Assembly (NCBI GenBank): GCA_047495785.1
Contig: JBLDXI010000038.1
Coordinates: 186,001 to 250,000 of the forward strand
Source: Lepidodermella squamata
Taxonomy: Eukaryota > Animalia > Gastrotricha
Direction: 5' to 3'
DNA length: 64,000 nucleotides
Part shown: positions 13,276 to 27,879 of the stretch, piece after piece
Layout of the letters: every line of letters starts with the position of its first letter
Position numbering within the stretch: position 1 is the stretch's first letter
Notes under the pieces: generated by a model
The model's input: the letters and a program-made list of their open reading frames with translations, nothing else
What the model was told of the DNA's origin: nothing
Database searches by the model: none
Made by a program: the position numbers and the translations under genes

Positions 13276-14666
13276 CATGAACGATTGTGGTTTTTTTGTA
13301 TTTAGCATATTCAATATTTATCCAGCTGTTAAATGATTAATGCACGAGGAAGGCAGACGAGGATTCAAATGGATAACACAATAAAATTTTAATTGTAAAA
13401 ACATATGTCAGACATATGTGTGTGTACGATGAATTTTCACATAGCTACTGCGTTCAGCTGAGGATCTGTAATTAAATATTTCGACGGTTTTTAGTAGGAA
13501 TAAAACCACCCATCCAGTTTCAGTAATGATGATGATGCGGATAAAATATTTACCAGCTGGAAAAATACCGGAAAGACGGCGCCATTGATCAAGGTTCGCA
13601 GCGATCTACGGCAAGGTGATTTTTTGTTTCCTAATGATGTGAAGCAGAAAATAGGTCACTTGATGCTTGTTAGACCTTATATAATTCAGGCAAATTGTTA
13701 TGATATCACAATTTAGTAATAGCAGGTGGACTAATAACGTCGCGTCCTATTACTTAATACAGCAATCTCATTATTAGTATTACTTTTCAATACTAATAAT
13801 AAATGGTAGTTGAGGTCATTGAGTAGCGCGCAAGAAGTGTAAAAAATGCGCGTGCTTGCGCATTGCGTGTGCGTCAACAATACGGACATAGGAGACGACA
13901 CACATGGCCAGGCTAGCACAATGTCGATAATACATGCCAGCAAATTATTGGATCCGCTTTTTATTATAATACAGTCCTAGCAGGAGGCACACATACGCGA
14001 CACACACGGCATTGTGCCCATTAAGTGCTGTGTGTAATAATATAATCGGAAAAGGGCGCTTTATTACCGTCGCGTCTTTTTTTACTATATAACGAGCGCC
14101 TTTCCGGCGCCACGACAACTCTCTAACCGAACCGTACTAGACGCAGCGACTTTTCATCGAAATCGCTAACCGCGATTATCATATTCCTCGCGTTCAAAAT
14201 CGCGCCTCAAAATTGGTCGCCGCCAGCAATCGCGCGCGTGTCTAAGAAATTTTCGATTTCATTACACAGACACCAGCACGCTAAATTACTTATTATCTGA
14301 CTGCACACTTGTCGCAACATCATCGTCATTGCTCGCCCAATTTATATAGCTACATCACAATTTTGTTGTTATTTATATTGCTATTATTGTCATCATCATC
14401 ATCATCGTCGTCAGTAGCTTCGTTGTTATTTGACTGTCGCGTATAGTACTGACATTTTTCATGTCGATAATTTTGTTTATTCCCCCATATTATATATATA
14501 GAGCGTATTCAGGCAATCGCTCCGTTATGTCCTATTACGATGATTTTCAGCTAACAAGAGCATATATAGTGATGCTGGTGGGCAAAAACACAAAATCGCA
14601 AGAAAAAATTCACCTCTTATTTTATCTGCCCTAGAATTTGTATTTAATTTTATTGGGACAAAACCA

Positions 14667-17600
14667 ATGGAAAGTAACCGCAGCCAGAGCACGGAGCAAT
14701 TACTGCGAGAATTCGACCAATATGCTGAGAAATACAACGTCAGGCGGCTTTTGAAAAATTGCATCATCGAACTAGGCCGCCATAAGCCTGAAGATCCTGT
14801 TTCTTTCCTGATCGATCACTTCACGCGGGTTTCTATGAAGCAAATGGTAAGTCTTAAGTATATTATTAGCCGCGGAAGTTTTTACTTTTTTGATTGTTAA
14901 ATGCGTGCGGCGAGAAATTATTTTTAACGAGTTTTTTTCGGTTCCTGGCTTGAATAATGTTAGACTTTGCCTAAAATCCAGGCCGTCCCTGCCGATAGCA
15001 GGCAAATCAGCGATGATGACACGGTCGCGGTATGAACCACGCCGGTGTATTAATCCTTGTCTGACTTTTAATTTTAACATATTTTCTGACAATATCTGTG
15101 TAGAATGCGAATGCCATCGTCTCGTTTATTTCTTCTCATCCTTGTCGTGATGCATTTTTAGAGGACTGTATACTGCTACGTATATCATCTAAAGCTACTA
15201 AAAGCCATCCCTTTGATTTGTCCAGTTTTTCCTCGGAGAAAATTTTCGGTAAAGCGCTAACTGTCGACAAAATTCGATTTGAAAAATCGTTGTCATGTCT
15301 TTCGCCGTTGTTATTTTTCATTTATTTATAAGCTTGACGCCCGCGAGCGCACGAAAATACTCTGTCCTTTCCTAAGCGATGTGTGACATTGATTGATCTC
15401 GAAAGATTGCGCCAATATGCTCACTTTTCTGCCGGCATAGTCAATTTTCAATCTTCAAGCCAGTTTCACATTCATCTGCATATAGCCGTTGTTGGGTTGA
15501 TATTCTGTTACCCTGCGTGACTTTTCTCTTCTTGGTGAGTCCAAGAACGAACTAGCTGTCAGACCCCGCATGCCGGCTTTTTTGAGCTACTTTCAAGATA
15601 CCTGAACCTCAGCCAACTCAACCCAACCTTATGAAGTTTTAGCGCAGTGTTTGTGGGTCTGATTTTTTTTGAATACAACTAGGCTGGTATGCGAAACATT
15701 TACGCTATTAGTTTTGATAACTAATAATAGTTAGAATTGTGGTAGGTGCATCTAATACCTACGCTAGTGCTATGAAAGTAGACTCTTTACATCATAGCAG
15801 GATTTAACCTTCTATTACGCCATTTGTTGTGAAAAAAGCATTGTACATCGGTACAACAGCAAAACAAAGTGGCTATATGTGCCTATACTATTTCGCACCT
15901 TGCTACAAATAGAAAATTACCGACTATAAAATTACAATATATGAGTTCCATTGAATAAATAATTGAACCCAATGATTAACGAAATACTCATTCCTTATCA
16001 ATCTGGCATCGTTATAATATTTATATTTTATTGTATCATGTATTAAAAATCTTATTAATAAAACCATCTGGCAACTCCAGTAAGCCGAAATTCCGATCGG
16101 CAAAACTCAAAGGTAAACTTTTATTCTACTATCGATTTCAATTTAATTTCAAGCCTGAGTGTAAAATTTTAAGGGTTTTCTATAGGCGTATGCATTTTAA
16201 TATAGCAGCCTTTCCTGCTGATGAGTCTGAGTTGTAAGAACTTGGCACAATATGCTAGCACGCAAATAGCGCGTGAAAATGAGGGAATCCATCATAATAT
16301 CGACAATCACAGTTCGGCGATTGCCTGCGTTGCTAGGGGCAACGGCGTGCATCAACACTGCGCCAATGTCTTCTTCATAATTTATTATTTCATCGGACGC
16401 GATTGATGTTCGATCGGTCGACTAATGGAAACTCGAAGCGGGCGTGATGTTTTAGAAAGGCCATTACCTTTACCCTCTGTAAAATAGGTAATATACTACT
16501 GTGATGATGGTAGACTAAATCTTGTAGTACGTCGCTTTTATATGAACTTGCGACAGCGCGAAAGTAATCCCAGGCAACAGCGCCACCTGGGCAACGCGCA
16601 TTGTATACTCTTGGACTTCCGTGTTTTTCCAGCATTGATATTATGAAAGCCGGCAAAAAAGTAGTAATTGGCAGCCATTTCCTAGCCCTTTGTTTACAAC
16701 TTCTCGACAACATATGCGCAGCATATTTTCTTTAATTATAACTTTCTTCGCAGAAACTTTGTTTCCTGAACTTTTTTATTCTCTACATTTTACAAAATCA
16801 CGGTGATGGAGTCATTCCAAGGCAGTGTGTTTGGTGTAGCGAACCGAGTCATATTTTTTTGCATATCTTTTTAGGTAAAATTTGGCGCTAACGGGTGCTT
16901 CGATTTGGTACTCATCTCAAGTACTTGCAAGCGTTCAATTTTTGTTCGCGAAGAAGCTAATGACCCGCTATCAAGTTATGCGCATTTAACTCACCGCAGC
17001 ATTTTTTTTTCTGCCTGGTTTCGGTATTCAATTTAGGCGTTTCGTTACCCGCAAGAAGTGATATAGCGCCAAAAAACTTGGGTGTATTACGCATCTCTTT
17101 TCCATTTGCAACATCGTCTTTATCATTTCATCCCATTTTGATAATCTAATGTAACGGCCGCTCGGCCGTTGGGACTGTAGTTTGCTGGCTTTTATTGAAA
17201 AAACAATATATCAGCGATTCGGGCCCAAAAGAGATCTCTTCAGAAAACAAACATAATAGTAATAGGTTATTATTAAAGGGCTAAAACTATTTCGCATCGT
17301 AAACACGATTTAGCTACAAATCATCAGCGCTGCCATGATATGGATTCATATATGTATATATATAAATCGCCTACCATCATTGTTCTTCACCAGGCAGTTC
17401 TTTTTAGTATCGACGCATTCATAGTCTTCCGAGCCGCCGGCAATATGTTGTATAGGGCGCATCGACCATCGATGATCGGCGCCGCGCGTGTACTAGAAAT
17501 GGCTTATTAGGTTATTCCTTAACTATAAATTGATATGAAGAGAGAGGAAAGGAGAGAGAAAGAGCCTATGAGGCAGAGAAAAAACCCGCGCGATCCGCGG

Positions 17601-20228
17601 AAACGCCGTCATGCGCCGAGCATTGTAATATTATTCTACGCTGGCGATATATATTGGATCCGCCGCGTCTTCGCTGCTTTCCTCGCCCGTTTTACTCATG
17701 GGTGTACAGATAAATGCATTGACGCCGCTGAAGATGATAAAAGCAAGTACTGCGCGCGTTGTGGTGCCGTTGTAGATTTTATTGTATTACTACACTTCTC
17801 CACTACCGAGAGTATTACCGAGTCTAAAGCTGCGCAGTCAGCAGCCGTCTGTTTTGTGGCCCCGACGCAGCCAAGCGCGGGAAAGAAAAAAATAGATAGA
17901 TATAAGCAAAAGCGAAACTCTCATAGTTCGCCGATGTTTCCTAATAGGCCATTGCGTATAATAATACAACATGAGATACGTCATATATATGTAGCAAAAG
18001 ATGCATGGCGTATATATTTATACACTAGTAGAAATATGTTGCCGCGCACAAATTATTTGTATCTTTTAGATTTTTTTATCGCTCGCCTTTTTTTCTCAGC
18101 TGCGAAATTTCAGGCTATGATGATGACACGCACGCTAGAGCACTTCTAAGTTAGGATACCTTAAGATTTATTATAGCTCGCGTTTTTATCTCTGCGAAAA
18201 AGGGTAGCACCGCGAAACACCGGCATATCATGTGGATACTTGGAATGACTCCATCCTTTTTATGTCCCGATTTTATCTACCCGACTTTTATAGGTACACA
18301 TTCGTACACTGAAATCAGCCAGCCGGCCTTGGAGATGTCGGCTAGAGAGCCGGCGATAATTACCAAAAATTAGGCCTTCGTTGATCGGAGAGAAATAATC
18401 AAACGATCTGCTGATGTGCTGTGGCTGCTGAGCACATTAATCATATAGCATTCGTTGTTTTTATTGTAATCACGCCTAATCATGGGGGCGAATTCGACCA
18501 AGCGAATGAGGCCGTGTTGGAAAAAGGTGCTACTCTTTCGTGCAGTAATATATCGTGTTTTATTTTTATTTCGATTAATAAATTGCCTCTTCTAAACAAA
18601 GAGGTGTCGCCTCAAGTGGGCACTATAGATTTTGCTCTCGCTTCGGCCAGGCGCGCGCTCGATTTTTCGCCGCTGTAGCATTCGAAAAAAACCCTTTTTT
18701 AATCAGTCCCATGCATAGACTTGACTTAAAAGCTATGTTTGCGTAAAAAAATCAGATTAGGCCGCAATCAAGCCAGCGCGTAGCTGCTATGAAAAATCAT
18801 TAAATTTGACTGCCTATTTTTAACATCACCTGTTTTTATATCAATTCAAGAACCAGCAAGTCGGTTCATCCGAACAAGTTACAACAAAAGACATGTCTGC
18901 GCACAACAAGCACAGTGATGACGAAGATGATGGCGAGCCCGAACCTCCTCCGCAGCGGCCTGTTACCGGCGGCCGAAAACGCCGCGAGGCTTTCGCCAAC
19001 CCGGTAAAATATTCACCTTTAACCTCTGATGATCCATATTTAAGATGAATTTTTCTCTATCAGACAATTGACCCTGAGGAAGCGGCGAATTACGTGAAGA
19101 AAGTTGTCGAGAAAGACCCGAAGTTGCGAGTTGAAATCGAAAAGGCCGTTTCCAAGAATTTACTCTTCCAACATCTCGATTCCCATGAGAAGAACGACGT
19201 TATCGACGCCATGTTCCCAATGGAGTTCAAGGTTTGCTAAATTCATCATGCCCCAAATGAGTTTTTTATGTTTTCTTTGTTCCTAAGGCTGGCGATAATA
19301 TCATCACACAAGGCGACGAGGGTGACAATTTTTACGTCAGCTATCTTGGCGAGGCACGTTTTCTTTGTAATAATATGCATTCCACAGACCGCAAAAATTC
19401 GATGAGCGGAGAAATATAGGACAAATGCAGGAATTTTTTAGCTAATTATAGCGTTGACATGGCTAACAAATTGAAGTTGGATAGCTTGAGGCTATTAGAA
19501 GTGCGCAAGCGTTTTTCTAGGACAGCGATGTGTGAAATTGTCTTGTAATAATTTTTTGTCGAATTATAGGTTGAAGTTTTCGTCAATAACAATCGCATCT
19601 GCGCGCTTCCCGAGGGCACCGGTTTCGGTGAACTGGCCATCATCTACAACAAACCTCGTGCTGCCACTATTAAAGCCAAATCCGATGTTGTCAAAGTGTG
19701 GGCCCTCGATCGCGACACCTATACGTGAGCATTTTGATAACAGTTAAATCCTGACCAAAATGCTTCTAATCCTACAGGCGAATCTTGATGAGCTCAACGA
19801 TTAAAAAGCGCCAAATGTACGACGACTTCCTGAAGCAAGTCCCGATTCTAGAAACCCTCGACCAATGGGAGCGGCTCACTGTTGCGGACGCGTTGGTGCC
19901 GTGCGAATTTAACAAAGGCGATGCAGTTATCAGGCAAGGCGACCAAGGCGATGATTTTTTCATCATCGTCGAGGGTGAAGCTCGTGTTCTCATTAAGAAG
20001 TCGCCAAATGAAGCTGAGAGCGAGGTGGGTCGCCTGAAGAAGAGCGACTACTTCGGCGAGTTGGCCCTCATTTTCGATAAGCCACGTGCCGCCACCGTCA
20101 TAGCCGACACGCACCTGCGATGCGTGAAACTCGATCGCAGCCGGTTCGAACGTCTTCTCGGTCCGTGCGCTTCTCTGCTGCAGCGCAACCTCGAAAAGTA
20201 CAACCAGTACATCAAGCCAGACAAGTGA
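14667..20228 (+). CDS. PRKAR1: cAMP-dependent protein kinase type I regulatory subunit
   Basis: D/D domain exon 14667-14846 ([21 protein letters not shown]); linker with pseudosubstrate RKRREAF (exon from 18851); two CNB domains with [15 protein letters not shown] and [15 protein letters not shown]; last exon ~19778-20228; ~4 kb first intron. Confidence 0.95.
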
Positions 20229-22259
20229 TGATCGTCCCGCCACTAATCTTTTGTTGCCAATTCACTCAATCAGCCACTTCTCGAGTGCTTTTGGCGCCAT
20301 TTTTCACTTCCCTAGTGCATGCAAACAACATCAAGTCTACAATATTTTAATTGATATGTATATTGTATACCAACAAAAGCTACACTGCGCCGTTATTTAC
20401 CGCGAATCAAGTGTTTTCAGCCCTTCTGTTTTAGTCTTTTCAGCATTTTTGCCTCTCAGTAGCGATTTCAGTGTCAGAACTTTCTTGAACCTGATGATGA
20501 ATGATGAATTGCGTTTTGTGCCATGACCGCCGTGAGCGCAGACGAAAGCTATGTGAGTATATAAGAAATAGGTAACTATTATTATTACTGACGTAATATC
20601 GCTGAATTCTTATAATAATGAAAAAAAATCGTTTTGTTTTTACAACGCGATTCTGATGATGACGATGATGCTAAAACTTTCTATCTCTCTTGGTCTCTCT
20701 AAAATCTTCAAGTGTTTTATTGCGATAATTCAGTTTTATCATCGGCGTGGTATCGTAAAGTCGCTTCACGATATGTTCTTGAAAAAAACCATGTATCGTC
20801 TCTTTCTCGTCATCGCTGCGTTTTTGGCCGAAGCGTTTCAGTGCCGCATTGATAATTCAATTTTGATCGAATGATAATTATTGAAAATTGTAATTATTCT
20901 ATACTATCCTCATAGCGCTCGCCAATGTTTACTGTTTCTTCGCAACTGTAGGGCTGAGAATCGTGCGCCTTTTAACGAGATGAAATGGATTATTTTTGCT
21001 GCCTTTTTATGGTCGATGATGTGTGATGGTGGTCGCGGCCGATGACGTGGTTGAAACAGCCAACAGCTGCCCGAAATTCTACTGAAATAGTCGTTGTTAT
21101 ATCTTTTCAAATTACCATTATCATAAAAATTTGTGCATAAGCGTCTCAAATTATAGGTAATTATAATACATTATACTTACGGTAATTCTATCATGCATTT
21201 ACTACAGTGCATTTTGCATTTGTTGCTGTATAGCTTGTAGAGATAACATGTTGTTGTGGAGAATAAATCATTTCGTGACGAGTGAACGCAGCTTTTCTAG
21301 ATATTACCCACCTACTTACCTGTCAAAAGTAACGACACTTCCAGCAACAGGTGAGGCATAAACCACAGGTGAAGCGTGCCTACACCACAGCAGCTGCATC
21401 GACCTGTCAATTAACCCGCACATTATTTATTATTCTCGTTTTTTTATTGCAACAACGCCGCAAAAATATGCAAACATGACTTGAATATAGGTATCAAGGC
21501 CAGCAACCACCATAATGTTATCATGTAACAAGAAATCGCGTTCATTTATAACCGAAGAAAAAATTCATAATCAAATTCATAAATATTGAGAAGTCGAATT
21601 TCCTTCACTTCGAAAATAGGACAAGAAATAATTGTGCCGGTAGCTTGCGTGTTCCAAGTCACAACACCTTTCAAGAGAGAGGAACAAAACCATACAAACA
21701 ACGATATAAAGCTTGACTGGATTATAAGAGCACGAGTTTCGATTACAGCACAGATCCGCGAAACAGATTTAGGGAAGACCTTAAAATAACGACATCACAT
21801 TACGGAATGTGCGACGTAATGACTTGAAAAAATTGGAGTTTTTACAAAAAGAAACAGCACAACATTGACACCGAAATATTTCAGAGCTGCAATGTCGAAA
21901 ATATTCAACGTTCACAAGAATGAAGCGTATTTTAGAAAATAAATACGGTCTCTCTCTCTCCCGCTCGAAAAATCACCAATAAATAATTTTGACATTTAAT
22001 AATAAATAAAGTTCATTTCTGCGACTATGAAGATCTATCACAAGTAACCAGGAAATTCCCATCGTCGTGTGATCTGGATTTTAAATGCTGATCCCACGCG
22101 AAATACCGTCACCAAAAGAGATCTCTAACGTTGTAGTTATTGTCATTAGTAATAGAAGATGAGGTACGCCTGGTGTCTTCCGGAATTTCTCCTTCGCAGA
22201 ATATTCACCGTGTTAACGCCATAATTATTGATGTAATTGAACAATGTTTCGAAGTTTCG

Positions 22260-25102
22260 TCATAGCTCCCACGAAAATAGATGATGTTTCACTAACAAGT
22301 CGCGGACGCCATTTTTAAAGTCACGATATGCATTGTCACGAGCTGGCAGCTCCCAGTCTCGCGAAAGGTGGAAGCAGAGCCGCGCCAACACGCGCAGGTC
22401 GCACTTGATCTGAATCCACGCCGGCGATCGGATAAAAGACCACGACTCGTAGTACTTCCTCACGACGTCCTGCGCCGTGCACCACGACTCGAGCCACAAA
22501 TGCAGGCACTGTTCGTTCAGGCCGCAGCAAATCAACGACCGCAGCCGCGTATCCATCGGCGCAGCAGCGGCGTCATGGCTGATATTTATTGCAGTGACAT
22601 GCTTCACCAGCAACTCATCTGGCGTTAACACGCGACCATCGTCTTCGAGGCTGAACGTTTGAGCCAGAACAAGTCTGGGAGCAACAGCAGGCGTTTCCGT
22701 CGCGATCGATTTCCCAATCACGTCTTCGATAAACTGCCACGGGTGCGGGTAGCCGACGATCAGCGATTGCTTTTTCATGCCGAAAGTTAGGATTGACCGA
22801 ACAGCCGGGGCTAGTAGCCCGCGAACTATGTCGGCGATCGCCTGGTCGACCGAATCGTCACCCGCCGGGTTGTACGGAGTGCCGCCTCGTTCGTCCAACA
22901 TTCGGACGAATTTCGCCGGAAACCAGCCACGCAAACCGCGCAACTCTCCGATCCAACAGTGCTCATCTCGGAACGATAGTATAGATATAACGTCGTTTTT
23001 TCGAAAACCCAGTTCGTCGTCGTCTTGGCGTTCGAAATCAACGAGTGCTATCGCCCGCCGAATCACCTGTTGCCCATCGCCGTGAGCAGCAGCCAGGAAT
23101 CTCTCCAGGTCTTGAGCGTGACTCTCCGGCGAGTAGTCAACACTCAAATCGACCCCACTTTTATTCAACCGACCTGGCGATACATCTTTTACGCTTGAAT
23201 TCAGAGAGGAAGTCGAGTGACGAAGCATTTGCTGCGGGTAAAAATCATCGGCAGCGTTGTGGGGCGATATCGAAGCTGGCGGTGTTAGCTCTTCGACATG
23301 CTGCTCATCACTGGCTAGGCCTTTCTCGGCGAAATGGCGCGTTACTTGAAGAATAGCTTCTTTCAACGCAACCAAAAGCTCAGTTTGCCTCACGTTTTTT
23401 GCCCGGCTATCTTCCGCGGCCGACAGCGTCGAAATAGGTGCAGGCGATGGCGTGCCGTCCGGTGGTGCTGCGTGTTGTTGCGAGTTGTGCCGCTGAAACG
23501 GGTTAATCGCGGATAGAAAACTTGATGCAGCAGCTCCGGTAGACGATTTGGGAGGCGAGCGGCGGGTGAGCTGTTGGCGGGGTAAATTTCCGTGATGCTT
23601 CGAGCTGATTATGATACCCTGGTCGGACATGAGTTCGGCCTGGCACGTCCGTCGTAGAATGTCCACTTTGCCTCTAGACTCATCAGGCAATAGCACTTTC
23701 CCACGAAGCAATAACGCTTGTATAGATAATTTCGTATTTTTAATAAAAAAGTTTCGGGGTAAGTCGGCAAGTCGGCTGAAAATAACAGCAGTATTCGGGG
23801 CGGCTATCAAATCTGGCATAGCTAATTGCAACAAAGCCAGCGTCAGGCGGAAGAGAGCGATAACGCCTTCGTACAGGAACCAGTCCCAAAGTTGCAGGAG
23901 CTGAGCAGGAGGAAGCGCGCCAATAAATATGCACATGTACCACGATAAAGTTATAAGAGACAATTCGACGTCACGCTCTTCCAATAGCTTATCCAGCTCT
24001 GGCAATTTCTCGGCAATCAACTGAAGAAGCGCTCGCTGATCGGCACGAGCCCCGATGAGAGTGCCGGAATAATAAGTAGCTGGAAGGTAATTCTCCAAAA
24101 CAGCGCACATCAACCAAAACGTGTCCTCTTCTTCCAGGAAAAGCAACAACTCAGCACATATCAATCCCATTCCTACAAATAATAGATGCTCAAGTTGCAG
24201 TATTTGAAAGCTGATATTTTTAAGTTAAACAAACCTTGGCAATAGCCGACATCAGGATAATAGTACGCCAAGGCCCGTAAAATTCGACGCAAGCGACCAA
24301 CACCGGGGCTATTGACTGAGCTGAAACACGCATTTCCCGGCAACGTTCTGAGTAAATCCTAAAAATATTCCACTGTACAGAATCGACCGTAATTCAATGA
24401 AAAGAAAATTTACTTTCTCGATTTGTCGGGTGATCAATAGACTATTCGTAGAGCTTGCACGGACGAGCTCTGCATAAGTAACTCCAGCTTCTTCCCGTTT
24501 TACCAATGCTCCAGACAATCTGAGCCAAACTGAAGCTCTCAAAGAGTGGGGAACGCCGCCATTGAGCATTAGTCGATCGAGCCTTGTATTGGGTATTAGT
24601 CGGAAAACTAGTCTATCCCATGTTTGGTCTTCCACATCCTTGTTGTACGTGAACTCTAAATAGGCTATCCACTGCAACCTGTTCCTTGGATCCTCGGTAA
24701 GCGCTGTTTCCGGAGATCTCGTACTTTCACACATAATGGAGCTTTTTCTACCTTCGACTGCAAAATAAAGATGATGAAAAGACCCAGAAACTTGACCTAT
24801 AATTACCATCATTGTTTTCTTTGTTCTCCTCGCTGACGATCAAAAATCCGAATTCGTCATAAAGCTCGCATATCTCAGGTTTCTTGAGATTTGTGATAAT
24901 AGAGAGAACATTTTACTGTAAATCAGACAGAAAAATGGAAAATACAACTTACGTCATGTAAATCACTAGGCAGAATCGACGAAGAAATCGCAGAAAAGGC
25001 TTTTGTGAAACGCTCTATGACGTCTGCATTTTTATCATCGTCACCGCCGACGATATATATTGTATCATCTCTGCCGTAATCCTCATTATCAAATACAGAC
25101 AT
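22260..25102 (-). CDS. SGSM3: Small G protein signaling modulator 3 (TBC/Rab-GAP + SH3 + RUN)
   Basis: [38 protein letters not shown] (TBC); [19 protein letters not shown]...[16 protein letters not shown] (SH3); C-terminal RUN domain ending [11 protein letters not shown]. Start codon at 25102 is tentative. Confidence 0.93.
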
Positions 25103-26034
25103 CTAACAAAATATAATCATATCGGTAAATGTATTGAATCGAGACTCGGCCGGATCACCAACGCAAACACCGACATCGGCTTCGCATTTCGCATTAATAG
25201 TCGATAGTTGAGTTTGAAGCTCCCAATACTTAACCACATCAGTCACATATCCCATATCACATATCAAACAAAGACCGCAAGTAAAAAGTTCTCTATAACT
25301 AGCAAAAAACCTGGATAGTATTCAAAATATCCTGGATAGTATTTACCGAAATTTATACTATCCCTCTATTTCTCTCTAATCTACACTCTTCACACACAAG
25401 CGCACAAATTTCGACGGACTAAACAGCAACTAAAGACGAAAATCGTAAAAAATCTCCTCGTAAAAGGATCTCATCAATTGCCGCCAACCCGCCAAATGGC
25501 TTTTTTAATTGCGACCGTTAATAATATATATTTTCAATTTCTGACAAAATAACAATTTTGTAATATTCTTTAACATTTATTATTTTAAAACTACGGACGC
25601 TGTGTTTTCCCCTTTGGCCCGCGCCATCATCGGTGTTTCTTCTTTTACGTCTTCCTGTCGACTGATGTCGATCGATAATCCCTTTTGAATAATCGGTCGA
25701 TATTGCTCAAGAATTGTGTCCCGCACCGTAAAAAAATAATATTTACTGTTTTTTCTAGCTCTAGAGATGTTCTTCTTAGTATTTGATCGATTACTTATGT
25801 TATACTCAAGCATCAGATTTTGCCAGTTGAGTAAATCTCCGTCATTGAAGGAACTTTCTTTTTGGTAGTTTTCTTGCGGTGTTACCCTTACTGTAGATTT
25901 CTATGCCTTAGCCCCCAAGCTCAAATAGTGTGCACTTTATATTCTCAGCTTTAAGCTTTGGGTGTTGAGTTACGAGAAATTCTGCTGAATTTCTATTAAT
26001 AATATCGTCAAAAAATTGTTATTGAATTCGTAGA

Positions 26035-27180
26035 ATGCCAGGCGTATTCGCCGACGATATTATCCCTCCTCCGCGCGTTCGCGCTGATGGAATGAATATA
26101 TATAAACAGCATCAAGGTACGATTCAGAATGTGATCCTGGAACTTGAGGGAAAGTCTGTTTTTGGAAGCCCGATGAAATCAACTTACAGTAAATTTATAC
26201 TTAAAGCTTTGGCAATATCTTCATTTTTCTTGTTGAGCAGAAAAGCCTAAAGATCACATTTTCGAAAATGTGAAGCGAATGAGACAGATTCAGCAAGCGT
26301 GCAAAGCTCGCGTTGACGAGAGCAGTAACAAAGAACCAGAGCCCGTTAAAGCATTGTGGCGATCTACGAAATACGCAACGGTACCTTCTAAAGTTGGTCT
26401 CTTTTTGGCGACAAATTTTAATGAGGTTCGGATTTTCATGGTTGCATTTTATCAAGTGCTGATATTTTCCCTGTATATTTCCTGTTTAGAACCGGCGACC
26501 AGCTTCAGCCAGACCTGCATCTAAGCAAGGCGAAAGCAAAGCCAAAGGGGACCCGAATTTGAAGTCGCGTGATCAACCTCGCCGACCTAACAGTGCTCGT
26601 CCAGCTATCGAAAACCGTCCCGAAATTGTTCCTCCTCTTGAGAACATTGAAGACGACCTTTCTATCAATGGGCGACGTGTACCTCGAAATTTTATCCGTG
26701 AGAACGCTGTATCAGCCATCCACGTACCTGTTAGGAGAGCTCCAAGCGCTAGTACGCTACAAGAATCACAGCGTCGTCTGGAGGATGATTTCAAGAAGAA
26801 ATATCATCTTGGCGAAGTTCCTGATTACATAGTCGAGAGGAAAAAACAATGGCAAGCCGAGGAGCAGGAGAGAATTCGCAATTTACCCGACCCGGTTCGT
26901 CGGATTCAATTATATTTCATATTTCACGTTAAGTGCTTGTATTATCATTTAGGATCAGCCTCCTGGCCACAGGTTGATGCCAGAAGCCGAACGCAAAGAA
27001 ACACTTCAAAAGCTCCAGCAACGCGAACGAGAGCTCACTTCTCAATTGCTTCGTATGCCTTTGCGAATCGATACCCCGCGCATGGTAAAATACAAAAACG
27101 AAATTGAGATGCAACTGTCTCAAGTTGACGAAGCTATCAGGGTGTTTTCTCGCAATAAAGTATTTGTCAAATGTGAATGA
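26035..27180 (+). CDS. ENKD1: Enkurin domain-containing protein 1
   Basis: ENVKRMRQIQ, PVKALWRSTKY, RNFIREN, LGEVPDYIVERKKQW, PPGHRLMPEAERKETL...IRVFSRNKVFVK; four exons with short GT-AG introns. Confidence 0.9.
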
Positions 27181-27879
27181 TATTTACCTACGCAAAATTT
27201 TACGTATGCATATACTGATCTCACTCTTGTTATCATTTACGTCATGCCAGTTGCCAGTTAGTGCCATTACAACCATGCGATTATTTGTACGAGTTTTCTC
27301 GAAACTTCAAGTTGTCAAAAGTACATCTCGCCACGCCTTTATCGCTAAGCTTGTAAAGTTTTTTGTCGAATCGTTTCATCGAATAGCCGGTCGTTTGTAT
27401 AACTGCTACAAAACTCAAGCTCGTTTTATTGAACTCGTATCGTGCTGGGTGCTTCGAGTTCTTTCGCTGTAAAAATTATTGTCCTCTGTGTATCAAGCGA
27501 AACGGTTGAGTTTCAAGAAAAAGCTCATCAAATTCAAATATCGACCGCGTGTGAAATCTCCCAGAGACTTTACTGGTTTCATTGTTATTTCTTTTATAAG
27601 TATCAATGAGATGTTTACAAGTAACGCAGTAGAAATGTCATCGTGTGCAACACTCGTTCTTATTGGAACATCAAAATAACATCAAAATAATAACGATCTA
27701 GGCATTTGTTTTCTTTGCAAGAGAATCAATAAATTAATCTGATCACCGCGTTGAATCATGCGGCTGCTATATTCTCGGTTAAATGGCAAAGCGGAACTTA
27801 TTATTAGTTGTAATATGACTTATTCATCCGGCGCGCAGTGACAACGATAGGCGAGAGTAACTTGAGGTTGAGGAAATTC

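Noticed and set aside
13420-13640. Possible small spliced minus-strand gene upstream of PKA-R
   Set aside because: One intron-like segment but no convincing start codon or homology.
17535-18149. 204-aa ORF in PKA-R intron 1
   Set aside because: No recognisable domain or coding-like composition; probably a chance ORF.
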